A DNA stretch of 55,034 nucleotides, counting the filler, from Sphacelaria rigidula (lineage: Eukaryota), in assembly GCA_964200075.2 (NCBI GenBank). It is 5 parts of 5 records of this genome, joined end to end, with 100 filler letters (N's around TTAATTAATTAA, not from the genome) between each part and the next. Parts side by side here need not be neighbours in the genome. Positions count along the whole stretch, not along the records: positions 11,030 to 21,956 come from CAXNAA020005661.1; positions 22,057 to 32,982 come from CAXNAA020005662.1; 3 more parts are not named here. The stretch is one strand, 5' to 3'. Made by a program: the position numbers and the translations under genes. Under the pieces are notes generated by a model. The model saw only the letters and a program-made list of their open reading frames with translations. It ran no database searches and had not been told where the DNA came from. This document shows positions 11,030-22,331 of this stretch, one piece after another. The first letter of the stretch is position 1. Each line of letters starts with the position of its first letter.

Positions 11030-12767
11030 TAAGGGTCTGACGGAAAAATATTTCTAGACACGTGGGCCCCAAGATCGAAAATTCAAGTCTTTGAGGGGGG
11101 CGGGGAGGGGGGAAACCCAGCCTGCTGTCCCCTAGTTTATTGCCGAGGCGTTGGCGGATGCGGTCAGCCGCCGTGTACAGAGATCCTTGGCATGGAGACC
11201 GCGGAGATGACGGGCACACCGCCCCTCCAATCTCATCACCTACCATGATTACATCTATGGGATCATGTTCCATGTCGTGTGCCTCGACTGCCCACCACTG
11301 GTAGTCCGGGCAAAGTTGGCGAGGCGTGAGATAATGTTGCTACCTTAGCTATAGGCTGTCGCTACCGTGCGCTCGTATTTTGTACAGACATGTGTGTGAG
11401 CGTTGCCGGCATCTGGGGCCATCGGGACAGGGCGGGCAAGGAGCAGAAGCAAATGTACGAAGGTCGCAAAGCCCGCCAGATTTTTCAGTTTTTGTCGGTG
11501 TTTCTTGATCGCTTTCTTTCAACATTATCAACATAAAAAGGGAAAAAATCACAAAACAATTCACAAAACGAATTGGAAAAATCATGACAATTTTCGAGAA
11601 ATTGTCCTCCGGTAGAGGGGGGAAGGCAGGGGGCCTCCGTGTCCGATTTTTTTCTCTCGACAGATCCTTCGTTACATCCTTCATAATAACACCTCTACCC
11701 AACTGAACAAAGCAGATGATTCTGCGCATCTTTCTAGAGATCCACCTCGGGCCCGTTTGAGGTATCTGGCTCTCAATGGATTCATCGGAACAGAGGTCAT
11801 CTGATTTTCTTACGTCTATCGGCTGGACCACTCTTGCAATGCGAGTGTTGACTTTTCTCCTATCGTTTCAGCCCTGCGCAATACACTAATCGAATTGCAC
11901 ACCTCTCGATACCCTCTGTACATCGTTCCGCGTGCCACGGCCACCCACGAGACAGGATTTTCACCGCCAGTTGCCTTGAGCATATCTTGAAAGGAGCAGC
12001 CATCTCTACATACCGCGAAACCGCGCGACCAGCACGGTCGCTTACATTCGGGATAAACCGTCCGTGCAGAAATCGACGAGGACTAGAGTATGCCTTGGCC
12101 GTTAGCACTCATGGGAAACGTTTCACGAAATTTGGTGTGCAAATTCCACCGAATAGCCCAAAGACACACATGTTGTAGAGGATGTCTATTCCTGAAGTGA
12201 TTAAACTGATTTCGGCCGATGACTCAGAATCCATGGCTCTACCGCTTTTCCCCTCGCCCCTTGCCAAAGCCACAGGTCATCCAAACGCACGGCCAGGTGT
12301 TCTAAGATCTGCACAATCACCAAAATTACATACTGATGGACACACGGGAATCGGTCGTCACCCTTCCACACACCACACGAACGACACGGAACAGTCCAAG
12401 CACACCGCAATAGCAAATCTCAAATCCAAGGATTATCTTCAAAATATGTGCTTGTTCGAACTCAACACTGTGCCTCAAAAAATTGTACAATATCCCCTCT
12501 GTGCGCACTAGTCTTCCCAACGTGTTTAACACCAACGCATGGGCCATCAAATCAAACGCGCTGTACATACCATGGCCTTGCAAGAAATGATTCCAGCCGA
12601 TACAACCTGAACGGTGAGACAACCGAACATCGTCAATGATCACACGTGCACAACGATAATAAAGCCTCGTAAATTCTCGAAGTTATTCTAAGAAAGTGCA
12701 GAAATTGCATCAAAAGACACATACGACCATGCACAGTTTCACTCGCACTCACCAGCCTATGAGGTAC

Positions 12768-12802
12768 ACAACAACAACAACAGCAACAACAACAACAACA
12801 AC
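12768..12802. repeat. (CAA)n microsatellite
   Basis: caacaacaacaacaacagcaacaacaac... Confidence 0.9.
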
Positions 12803-13728
12803 ACGTTTTTCCGGACACTTCACGTCGCCAAGGAGAGTGAATCAAGCTACATTAGCACCGAAAGCACGAAGCTGCTTCGGTATTTCGGCGAAGATATACA
12901 CATGCACAGCAAAACTCCATGCTGCGGTCACGAGTCACGATACCCCCTTTTTTGTCGCTAATGCTTGGATACAACTTGTACAGGGCACACACGCACGCTC
13001 CGAAAACAAATATAGAGAGGGAAAGACAACGCCTTCCATCATCGGTCACTACTGAACACTAAAAAAAAATCCACTTCCACCTTCAAAGTATTTTCCCTCG
13101 CTCTACTCTCAACCCCTTCCCTTCCTCGAGACGCATCTGCCGCCTCAAGGGGTTAACCCATATCCCCCAATACTGACTCAGCGCCATGCCCGCCGCACCG
13201 CGTCTCGCCAATCGTTCCTTGCTCATGATGCCCTGATGCTTCCGACGGCAGAATTCATATTCTGGAAAAATAATAGGTATATACACGAGGGGATTCGAGC
13301 CGCCAACCTGCCACCCTAGCAGACTACCAAGGATGTTATGCTGACGACTGGTGATGGACCCGCAGGTCTCTCACGCATATTATCCTGCACGCGATTGCTC
13401 TCGACAATCCCTCAAATACCCCGCTAGTTATTGCCTAGTAAGTATTTTATGGCGGACGTGCTGTAGGCAACGGTAGGCCGTGGTCTTGCGGTTTGCGGTT
13501 GATTTTTTCAATCATCCCGCGAACTGCCGCGCCGTTTCACTTGGGGGCTTGATCCCGGGACTTCGCCCACCTCTGCTACCCCTACCCCCTTGTCCCCCCC
13601 CTCGCCTGCCACCCCCCGTCCGCCCACCCGCGGCGGCACCTGACCCACTACCGCCGCGCCCCCCCGCCGCGAACTGCCGCGCCGGGGATTGACGTCAGGC
13701 AAGGGGGGTAGAGGGGGGGGGAGCGTAC

Positions 13729-14230
13729 TCACTTGTTGCTTGCCTTAGTCGTTTGATCATTGGCCACGTATCCCTCTTGAGATGGAGCACCGTTCCTACT
13801 CCTGATAGAGACACCCCCAATATTCAAGCGCTCATTACGTTTCTTCCATATAGTACACGAAAACCTTTTACATATCCTATCCCCGTCCTGTTTCGTAATC
13901 TGTGGCCACCATCTATCTCCTAGTACAGCCATCATTTTCTCCCTACTGTCTAAGGGATCAAACGGTTTCATACCATCTTCGTTCGCGTCCCGCATTTTCC
14001 CCTCTAGCACGTCTCGTTCCTGCTTGTATAGTTCACATTCTGCCACTAGATGACTCCTACTTTCTATTGCTTCGCCACAAGGGCAATTCTGTGCATCTAC
14101 TTCTTCCTCCTTCCGACGACTGGTGAATATTTTTCTTCTCTCTGGCAGGTCCAGCTCCCCGATCCGAAATCGAAGTTTCAGATTCTTCGCAGCGTCCATT
14201 GGGCCATGCAAAAATGCTTTCAAGCAAGGG
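13729..14230 (-). mobile_element. 5'-truncated non-LTR retrotransposon, ORF2 C-terminus with Cys/His knuckle
   Basis: LHGPMDAAKNLKLRFRIGELDLPERRK...CPCGEAIESRSHLVAECELY; the CxC...H...C motif is typical of LINE ORF2 C-termini. Confidence 0.7.
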
Positions 14231-14337
14231 GGAGGGGAGGCCTTCTGATCGTTTTTCTGCAACATCTGGAGACGGAGATCGCGGTCAAAGAAAGCGGGCA
14301 GTGGTGGAGTGCGCGTACGGGAAGGACGGATCGTGGC

Positions 14338-14433
14338 TCAGGCCGGGAAGTCTCTCTCTGAAACACTAGTCGTCCCTATACCACCCATCGATCGACTGCG
14401 TGATTGCTTAGCACTAACTGATCCGCCATGAAG
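14338..14433 (-). CDS. Putative terminal lipase exon LHGGSVSAKQSRSRSMGGIGTTSVSERDFPA*
   Basis: tag acceptor at phase 0, open to TGA; no homology support. Confidence 0.4.
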   Translation of the reverse strand, partial: LHGGSVSAKQSRSRSMGGIGTTSVSERDFPA

Positions 14434-14681
14434 CTAGCCGTGATTTCAGAGTAGACGTATCCCAGGCAAATAGAACGAGTGCATGCGCCAAAATAAACTC
14501 GAGATAAGGGGCGGGAAACGAAACAAAAGAGAGGTGAACAGAAGCAAATAATAGACTGATCCGGCGGCGGCGGCGGGGGGGCGGACAACGGAACAACATT
14601 TGGTCGGAAATGTCATTTTGGGGTTCTATATCACAATGTCGCGCCAGTTTTGGTGCAGATGTAGATATCTTGGTCAGTTAC

Positions 14682-14856
14682 CTTCTCCACGGGTTTCACG
14701 ACAGCGTCGCGGGTCTTCAACATAGCATTGTGGAGCAGTTTTACGTAGCCCTTGCCGGAGTGGTCGCCAATCCCATCAATAAAATTTCCACGGTAGGCTG
14801 CCGCCTCAAAATAGCCAAGGAAGGCATCCAAAAGGCTGCTCGCGCAACGCATACCG
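14682..14856 (-). CDS. Lipase exon with catalytic His (DGIGDHSGKGY)
   Basis: gcag|C GGT...GAGAAG|gtaact; phase-compatible. Confidence 0.85.
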
Positions 14857-15310
14857 CTGCGTCGTTCAGTCGAGAGGCAACGATAGGCACGGCAGACACG
14901 CAGGTAGATATACAAGAGAGACAGCGAGGAGGAGTTGTAACAATACGCATTGTGACATAAATGGCGTTCCGGGTAGGCTGTATTTACGAAATGTACTCTA
15001 TCAGTAAGAGATAACGCCAACCCGTTGCGAGATACCCATGGCTGACATGCACTCCGCTATAGTGCGAAACTAGCATGCGCATCTGACCAGTAACGGCCTC
15101 GCTCTTGCTGAACATGGAGTAGAGATCTGCTTGCACCAGTGCTGATGGCACACGAGGATCACGGAGGGGGAGCGACTCGAGGGTGTGGGATGTCTGTGTT
15201 TGACGGTATCAGACGGTAGGGATGGCCCTATTTGTGGTGTTATTGCCGTTATTGCCGTCAAATAATGTGAGCTATGCTTCTATTCCTGCTTCCAGTATCA
15301 ACGCACTCAC

Positions 15311-15481
15311 TGTCTGTCGAAGTAGACATCGGTCCCCACGTGTCGATACTCGAGGAGAAAACTGGGAGGGACGTGCGGGACGATATCGTTGTTGTTGCGG
15401 ACTCGGAAACACTTGTTCCGCAGATATTCGCCGTCGTTCATCTTCGCGTTGAAGCCTGTAGCCAAATCCGCATCGAAGACC
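15311..15481 (-). CDS. Lipase exon with catalytic Asp (RNNNDIVPHVPP)
   Basis: tag|G GTC...CA|gtgagt; phase 2/2 fits both neighbours. Confidence 0.92.
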
Positions 15482-15865
15482 CTACCAAGCGTAGCACCAC
15501 GCATGCGTTAGCAGATCAAATGCGTCAGTGGCTCATGTCATAGGAGCACGTGTAAGAGGGGAAGCAAACGCCGGTGGGATATCACTTGCGTACGTACTCC
15601 CGTTGGAGCTGTGGCTTGAACAGGATAGTATCCGTATATACATGAATCATGACCAAAAAGGTCTGTTATAAGGGTGCAGAGAAAGGCGGCACCGACGGTT
15701 GTACACTACATTAGGTGCGTTGAATATTCTTTTGTAGCAGGTTATTCGAGTGATCGATCGTCTCAGATGAACCGACCCGCTCTGAATCCAGCGGCAAGCG
15801 TGAGATAGACATACTCACCGTAAATACAAATGGAGCCCTTCCCGTGCAAAAAGAACCAAGTATAG

Positions 15866-15920
15866 CAGAAAAGAGACAGAAAAGAGACAGAAAAGAGACA
15901 GAAAAGAGACAGAAAAGAGA
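15866..15920. repeat. 11-bp tandem repeat (cagaaaagaga)x5 in lipase intron
   Basis: Direct reading. Confidence 0.9.
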
Positions 15921-16049
15921 GAGTAGTAGCACGAAACAAACACTACTGCAAATGTCGTGATGTAACAAATGCCGGAACACATGACGGCTAGACTTGCGGA
16001 ATCGCAGTGGTAGTGAGATGTCTTTACGCGTATACGCCACATCCTGTAC

Positions 16050-16285
16050 CTTGGACTGCCGATAGTGTACATGCCATGCAGCTTCATATTCTCCTCGAAC
16101 ACCAACCGCGCCGCGGCTACGGTGGCCAGCGCACCGCCCAGCGAGTGCCCCGCAACAAACAGCTTGCGTTTGCCATCGCTGAATTCGCGGATAGTTTGCA
16201 CCATTCCCTGACCACGATCGCCGGTGTCCCTACCGCCGTAACATTCACAGTCTTCCCACACCATCGCGACGCCATTGTTGAACCC
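16050..16285 (-). CDS. Lipase exon with nucleophile elbow GHSLGG
   Basis: cag|GGGTTC...CCAAG|gtac; GFNNG...KLFVAGHSLGGALATVAAARL...YTIGSPR. Confidence 0.93.
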
Positions 16286-17143
16286 CTGCATGGTGGATTT
16301 CCAAACGTGGGCGGGAGACAGTCAGTGCGTGAACATCTTGCAGGGTTTACATGCGCCACAGAACAGGTTGTCAGTCGTGTGAAATGTGGCACATGATTTG
16401 GGGTTCGTGATCTGGGGGGGGGGGTTGCTGGCGCGTGTCGGGGGAAAAGACTCTGCCCACGTGGATGTAGTGAAAAATGCTTTGGTAGTTTGTATAACTC
16501 GGGAATGTGAAAAGTCAAACCTAAATGCGTGGTTTTGGCCTAACCAGGGCAAACATTGGTTATACGTTCATGTGACAGGTCCTACACCCTGCATATTTTG
16601 TAAGATGGGGAATGTAGCCCAAATGTTGACTCTTGTCCCTCCCCAATCCCTCCGCCTGCCCCCCCGCCCCTATACTGTGCAAGTTAGGACGTATTTTATC
16701 GCTTTTGTGACCCCCGCCGTCGGAGCTCGGGCCTCTGAGGGTCGAGTATCTTGAACGCCTGTGCGTGAAAAAGCCGAAGGTCACTAACGTATGTCAAACC
16801 TTGCAGTCTGTACACAAAATAAATCCGTTTTCGAATACTTTGCTCCTTGTTTCTTTGATAGACCAGCAGCCTCAAGTAGCCCCTTCGAGTGGTGACAGGT
16901 TCGATACGGTACATGCTAAACGTGTTGCACTTGGCACAACTTCTACCTTATTGAAATGAATGAATACGGTTCTCGTCCTGCAAATCAACTAAAATCAAAT
17001 ATACTGCTGTATATTCGATAACCAAACAAAGGCGGCACGAAGTTACCAGACCTGTACACGAAACACGCATACATGCATGTACCCCGTGTATGCACACCAA
17101 TAATACAAACCACAGAACACATACCAAATGCAGTATAACTTAC

Positions 17144-17344
17144 GCTGTGAATAGCCCCTTGCGGGACGCCCCAGCTATCAGGAGGCGTGGTCGGCATGAA
17201 CTTGAAATTGGATACCCAGTCCTTGCTCTCCTGCAAGCCCCGAAACACCACCACTATCACGTCATCGTCCGCCGCCACGAAGGCTTGGGTGTCTTCTGCG
17301 GTCCCCCCTTCGTCATCCTCTTGCTCCCTGACAGCGGGGTCCTT
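17144..17344 (-). CDS. Lipase exon KDPAV...DTQAFVAADDDVIVVVFRGLQESKDWVSNF...GAIHS
   Basis: cag acceptor, AGC|gtaagt donor; 201 bp; oxyanion and lid region. Confidence 0.9.
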
Positions 17345-17634
17345 CTGCATACCCATGTCAGGGTTGTTTTTCAAGCACGTAGGGAATGCACCGATGGGTC
17401 GAGGGTATTCGACAAGGGGGAGGGGGGGGGAAACCACAACCGCAGAAAAACAAGGTTTCGATTTATATTGCAAGTGCTGAGCGTTTTTCCAGGCGTTATC
17501 CTGTCGGCCGTGTATCTGCATCCGAATTTCTAAACGTGAAGCGCTTCGCGTCGCTCGTTGTGATCGTTGTGATTGTACACAACGGCCTCTCCAGCAGAAA
17601 ACACGACTCTCACGGAAGCGTCATCGCGGCATAC

Positions 17635-17802
17635 CTCAAATCACCGGAAAAAACTGTACCCCAGGCCACCCTCCTTCCTGCCGCCTTGCATCACGCGCTT
17701 CACCTCCGCGTCGTCTTTGTAGGCCAGCGTGCTCAATATCGCGAAGAAGTAGGCCCTGCGCGGTGAGTATCGATGACTCGTCAAGTCCAGCTTCACATCC
17801 GC
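17635..17802 (-). CDS. Lipase exon ADVKLDLTSHRYSPRRAYFFAILSTLAYKDDAEVKRVMQGGRKEGGLGYSFFR*FE
   Basis: ttgctcag acceptor, GAG|gtatg donor; 168 bp, phase 0/0; contains TGA. Confidence 0.75.
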
Positions 17803-18503
17803 CTGAGCAAGCAGATACGAGGAGTACGGTACGATGCGCCAACCGCGAATTATGTTGTGATGCGTTAACAGCGGATTCGTCGAAATAATTGTCCGAAATA
17901 GTATTACAAGCGGTGTGCAACACTTGTAAGTGATACCTTAGCGTCATCAAAAGTTTCCATCAACATACTGTCTGCAGTAGTCAATCATGGCCTGGCCATC
18001 CCTCGGAAACGCTGCTTCTTCGGTCGAGGACGTTACGTGGCTCGTTTGCAACCCCTTTTATTGGGACTGAAAGAAGAGCTATCTAGCGGGACACGCCTAT
18101 GTTGATCCTGTAATAGTGATCAGCGCTCATTATCTGGAGCTGAACGAGCAAAACCGCCTTCATAATTAATTAGTTTAGTCATTCAGCCCTTTCGGAACCC
18201 ATTGACCGTTTTTGTTGTTTGTGAATCGGCATCATTTTGAGTTGAAAATGAGTGAAAATGATTCCGGTTCACAAACAACAAAAATCGCCAATGGGTTCCA
18301 AAGGGATTAAAATATTGTTCGAGGATGAATGGTTGGATGGTTGGTTGGGATTGAACTTTATTTTTTTGGGAAAGACAATCTATCAGGTACGGCGTCGTGC
18401 GTTTTGCACTTTTGGTGACACCACGCATCTGGAATTTGAATACATATATGTGCTCCAGCATGGTGGCAGTTCCAAACTTTGGTTGGCGGCCAGCAGCGTA
18501 GTA

Positions 18504-18947
18504 AACACGGGATCTTACAAATTGGGGATGGGTCTTTTATTGGGGATGAGAAACCCGGAGAATTAAATTCTTCGTATCCACACTAAGTCTTCGAAATATG
18601 GTTCAATTTCTTCACCTACTGATAGCTAATGACAACTGCTACACGCCATAGATATATGGATTTCGATCACCGAAATGTTGGGGTCCTAGGTGAAAGACAA
18701 ATTTTGGGGAATTCCGGGTGTCCGAACGGACGCCAAACTGGTTCCGAAATTGGTTTTTCACCGAGGACCCCAACATTTCGGTGATCGAAATCGAAATTTC
18801 TATGGCGTGCAGCAGTTGTCAATAGCTATCAGTAGGTGAACAAATGGAACCATATTTCGAAGATTTGGTGTGTAAACTAAGATTTTAATTCTCCGGGTTT
18901 TTCATCCCCAATAAAACATCCATCCTCAATTTGTAAGATCGCGCGTT
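18504..18947. mobile_element. Foldback MITE family A, copy 3, TSD AGTA
   Basis: aacacgggatcttacaaattg...caatttgtaagatcgcgcgtt; AGTA at 18500-18503 and 18948-18951; high arm identity. Confidence 0.9.
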
Positions 18948-19898
18948 AGTAGCGCAAATCGAGCCGAGATACGTACAAGTACCGCACTAGTTTTTGACAC
19001 TTTGTCTTCCCTCTATATGCTTTTCTTTTATGGCCGTATCCGTGTATTCGCATCGGGTACGTCTCTGCCGTGCATCACGACTGGGTTCGCTGCGGACCAA
19101 TTTCATGCGCAAATATGCTTTGACCAGCATTCTGGCACAGTTTCGTACAGCAGTCAGTACAGTTACGAGTACTCTTGCAGTGCAGTACATGATTTTTAGT
19201 GCATATGTGGGCATCACATATACACGTATCACCCAGAACGAACAGCCGCCTCACGACTTACCAGGTGTAGCTTTGTCTTGAGGGCATCAGCTGATGGAAC
19301 GATGAGTGACCGCTTGGCTGTCAGCTCACGCTTGGAACTGCGATTGTCATCGCAGCAATCGAAAGAGGTAGCACAGTAGTCCATGATTGCGGAGGAACTG
19401 ACGATGGGCGCAAATTCTGGCACGCCTTGAATGTCTCGTCCGATCCTGGCTGGAGTTTCTGCCAAACTACGTAGTATGTACTCTGGATGTTCACCGTCTT
19501 GCGCAATGCCTGCCTGGTGAGTAGATCGAGGTGCTCACTGCAAAGCTAGTCGGAATTCAAGGTGGTTCTGAACGCAGTAGGCTAGCTGTGCCGTCGGGTT
19601 GGGGCTCGGTTATACGATATAGGTGCCTCGGCTCAATGTAATGAGCAATCGAGCATTCGGGCGTTTCCTTCAGGTGTCGGTTGCACTTGCGAGAACTTTC
19701 TTCAGATATGATCCACGGTCGGATTTTTCCGCTATAATAGCTCTCAAACCGATCAGTTCCACCGCACGGCAACACCAGTTTGGGTCACCCGAAGTAATGT
19801 TCACGGCGCCGCGCGGCGGAGTCTGTCCCCCCCCTGACCACAGTGAAACCTACCTTGGTATCTTGCTTTTCTTCAGGGTGAAACCCATTTTGCCTGAG

Positions 19899-20295
19899 CC
19901 TTGACCGTTAGACCGCAAGGGGTAGTCCACTGAATCGTTTGTTCTTTTTTCAAGTGAAATTGATGCCGACTGAACAGATGACCTACCCTCGCCTTCGAAG
20001 TTCGCGATGCGGGTAGTCCGTCTGGATCGCATATACTTTCTTCAATTGAAGTTGATGCCGATTCTGCAGGTAACCTCCTATCCTCGCGGTCAAAGGGTAA
20101 GCCTTACACCGTGATGCGGGTAGTTCATCTGGATGACCCATACTTTTTCAAGTGAAAAATAATGCCGACTCAGAAGTGACCTACCCTCGCGGTCGAATTT
20201 GACCGCAAGGGTAGGTCACCTGCGGAATCGGCATCAATTTTAACTTGGAAAAAGTATGCGTGATTCATATGAATTACCCCCTCCCGGTCCAAGGG
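19899..20295. mobile_element. Cluster of short piggyBac-like MITE units
   Basis: Repeated aagtgaaattgatgccga...gacctaccctcgc and ccttgaccg/cggtcaaaggg ends; relatives at ~18188-18305, 22234-22331 and ~34922-35024. Confidence 0.6.
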
Positions 20296-21130
20296 TAACA
20301 AAATCTGTCTCCCAGTGAGGTTTGGGTTTGATTTATAGAAGAGCGAGAGGGGTGATGCACCGAAAAGGAACGCGACGGAGTGTCGGAGAAATAATGAAGT
20401 AGACGCTCCATGCGTTTTGAAACCACCAAACCGTAGCACATATAGAACGCTGCAATCCGAATACAGTTGTTATTTTACGCCATAATTTCATCTTTCCCCA
20501 CGAGTGCCGTGTTTTCGTCAGCGGCGCAACGTTTCGTGATGACTCCACATGGTATATATACCATGTCTATTTTGCGTGTTTGTGTGTTATCTTATCCATC
20601 CTTCACGCCAGCCTGCACGGGAAAACTATAAAGTCTTTTCACCCTGTTGTACTCTCAAACTGTGTGTTGTGTGCGCCCTTGAATGATGGCGAATGTCACG
20701 AGCGGTGAGTCATGGTGCACACATATTTTTTATCAGCAGTCTACACATTCGGTATGTGTGGGCACATCAGTCGGGGTCACACACATACATGGTACATCAC
20801 ATCATCTGTTATTAGGATATGTTAGCGGCAGCGGACCTTGTTGTGCCTGTCTGACATTTGAGATTTGCATCTATCTAGGACGAGACCACAGTAGAAAAGC
20901 AGGAGGCACCAAACACAAGACGGGGGGCATCATTGATCGCTCCAAGCAAGATGATAGCTTGCACCTGCCACGTCTGCTTCTGTCTAACCCTCAATGACAT
21001 AACTGTCGTTGCGCCGAACGCCTGGTGGGGGAGCTCCTGAGAGGGTCCGCCACTAATAATTTCGGCGGGACGGGTTGAACTGTGGTGTTAACTGGTCTGT
21101 ACGATACGTACTAAAATACCGATAATAGTA

Positions 21131-21733
21131 CTCCTTCTGTCCGGAAATATAAGATCAGTCTGGACAAAAAGTGGGATATCTGAGGACCACGGAAATTTTT
21201 TCCGAACCGTTTTCTCCCCGGGTTTCGTCGCACTCACGCCGAGCCCGTAGACCGGCTTTTGCTTCAGCACAGACCAAAAAAGTGTAGCCCACACCAGCAC
21301 AAGTCGCTCGGAATCACCACCCTAACTTTGAAGACCCGGTCAAAAACCTTCCCATCTTCTGGTGAGGCATGTCCTCTGCTGGGAGTGATGTCCTCTGCTG
21401 GGAGTGCCTCACAGGTGTCAAAACGCAATAACCTCAACAGTTTGGAAACAGCTGCGGTGATTCGGCACCTCGTCGCTGGTGGCAACAACGGGGTTCTGAA
21501 GAAGGGTGCGCCCATTGCAGCCGGAGAAATTCACCTACCCGGGGATGATAACACCTCATCCCCTCCCTGGTCGAGCAGTTTTTTTTCTCCCTCCTTAACC
21601 CTATCCGATCATGCGTCAAACTTGTTCGACCTCTAGCAATAATTGCATAATGACCTTTTTCGGAGCATATGGGAGAAATCGATCTTAGATTCCTGGATTT
21701 CCCAACCGATCTTTTATTCCTGGACAGAGGGAG
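21131..21733 (+). mobile_element. Mariner (Stowaway-type TIR) deletion derivative with TA TSD
   Basis: TA|ctccttctgtccggaaatataagatc...gatcttttattcctggacagagggag|TA; 21388-21525 encodes KRNNLNSLETAAVIRHLVAGGNNGVLKKGA. Confidence 0.85.
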
Positions 21734-21770
21734 TACAACATAATACGGTTATTTGCTGGTGTACATTCTG

Positions 21771-21956
21771 TGGAGAGCGACTATGTCGTGGGTACACAAA
21801 ATTCGACTCAACGGTCGACGAGGGAAGGGGGAACTGCTGAACCCCTTTCGCGATAAAACACAAAGGCGAGCACCGCAGAAGGAAGGTGGGGTACCAAAAA
21901 CAAATTTAAAAAAAATGCTCCTGTGTTGACCTTCCTCCTGTGTGACCCCGGCTGAT
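21771..21956 (+). mobile_element. 5'-truncated SINE body (family of 52311-52593)
   Basis: Reverse-complement match over ~180 bp including gtgggtacacaaaattcgactcaacggtcgacgaggga. Confidence 0.8.
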
Positions 21957-22056
21957 NNNNNNNNNNNNNNNNNNNNNNNNNNNNNNNNNNNNNNNNNNNN
22001 TTAATTAATTAANNNNNNNNNNNNNNNNNNNNNNNNNNNNNNNNNNNNNNNNNNNN
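21957..22056. other. Artificial scaffold linker
   Basis: Same N44-TTAATTAATTAA-N44 structure. Confidence 0.97.
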
Positions 22057-22118
22057 AATCCTCCGGGTTCTCATCCTCAATGAAAAGCACCATCCTCAAC
22101 ATAGATGATTGGCTGTTT
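22057..22118. mobile_element. Right end of a foldback family A copy at scaffold start
   Basis: aatcctccgggttctcatcctcaatgaaaagc...gatgattggctgtt. Confidence 0.75.
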
Positions 22119-22233
22119 AATCCTCTTGACAAATACTGGAATGGAAAATATCTGTGATCAATATCGAGTGACTTACGGGCTTACCCGATCTTCGGGGCTC
22201 CTGCGAAATTGCAACCCCAGGTTCTAGTTTTAA

Positions 22234-22331
22234 CCCTTAGACCACTAGATTAGTCTTTCTGGATCATGCATCTTTTTTTTCACTTGAAATTGATGCCGAT
22301 TCAACAGAAGACTACCCTCGCGGTGTAAGGG
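22234..22331. mobile_element. 98-bp piggyBac-like MITE with TTAA TSD
   Basis: TTAA|cccttagaccac...gcggtgtaaggg|TTAA; TIRs match at 10 of 12 positions. Confidence 0.8.

Larger units (their letters stand above)
14338..17802 (-). pseudogene. Class-3 (Lipase_3, fungal-type) triacylglycerol lipase, at least 6 exons, with an in-frame TGA at 17641-17643 (null allele/pseudogene or splice-rescued); start exon not identified
   Basis: Phase-compatible GT-AG exons give STLAY, DTQAFVAADDDVIVVVFRG, IHSGF, GHSLGGALA, YTIGSPRVF, NNDIVPHVP, YRHVG and GDHS. Confidence 0.75.

Noticed and set aside
17641..17643. Selenocysteine or alternative genetic code for the lipase TGA
   Set aside because: The position looks like Trp rather than Cys, no SECIS was recognised, and all other Trp codons read in the three genes are TGG
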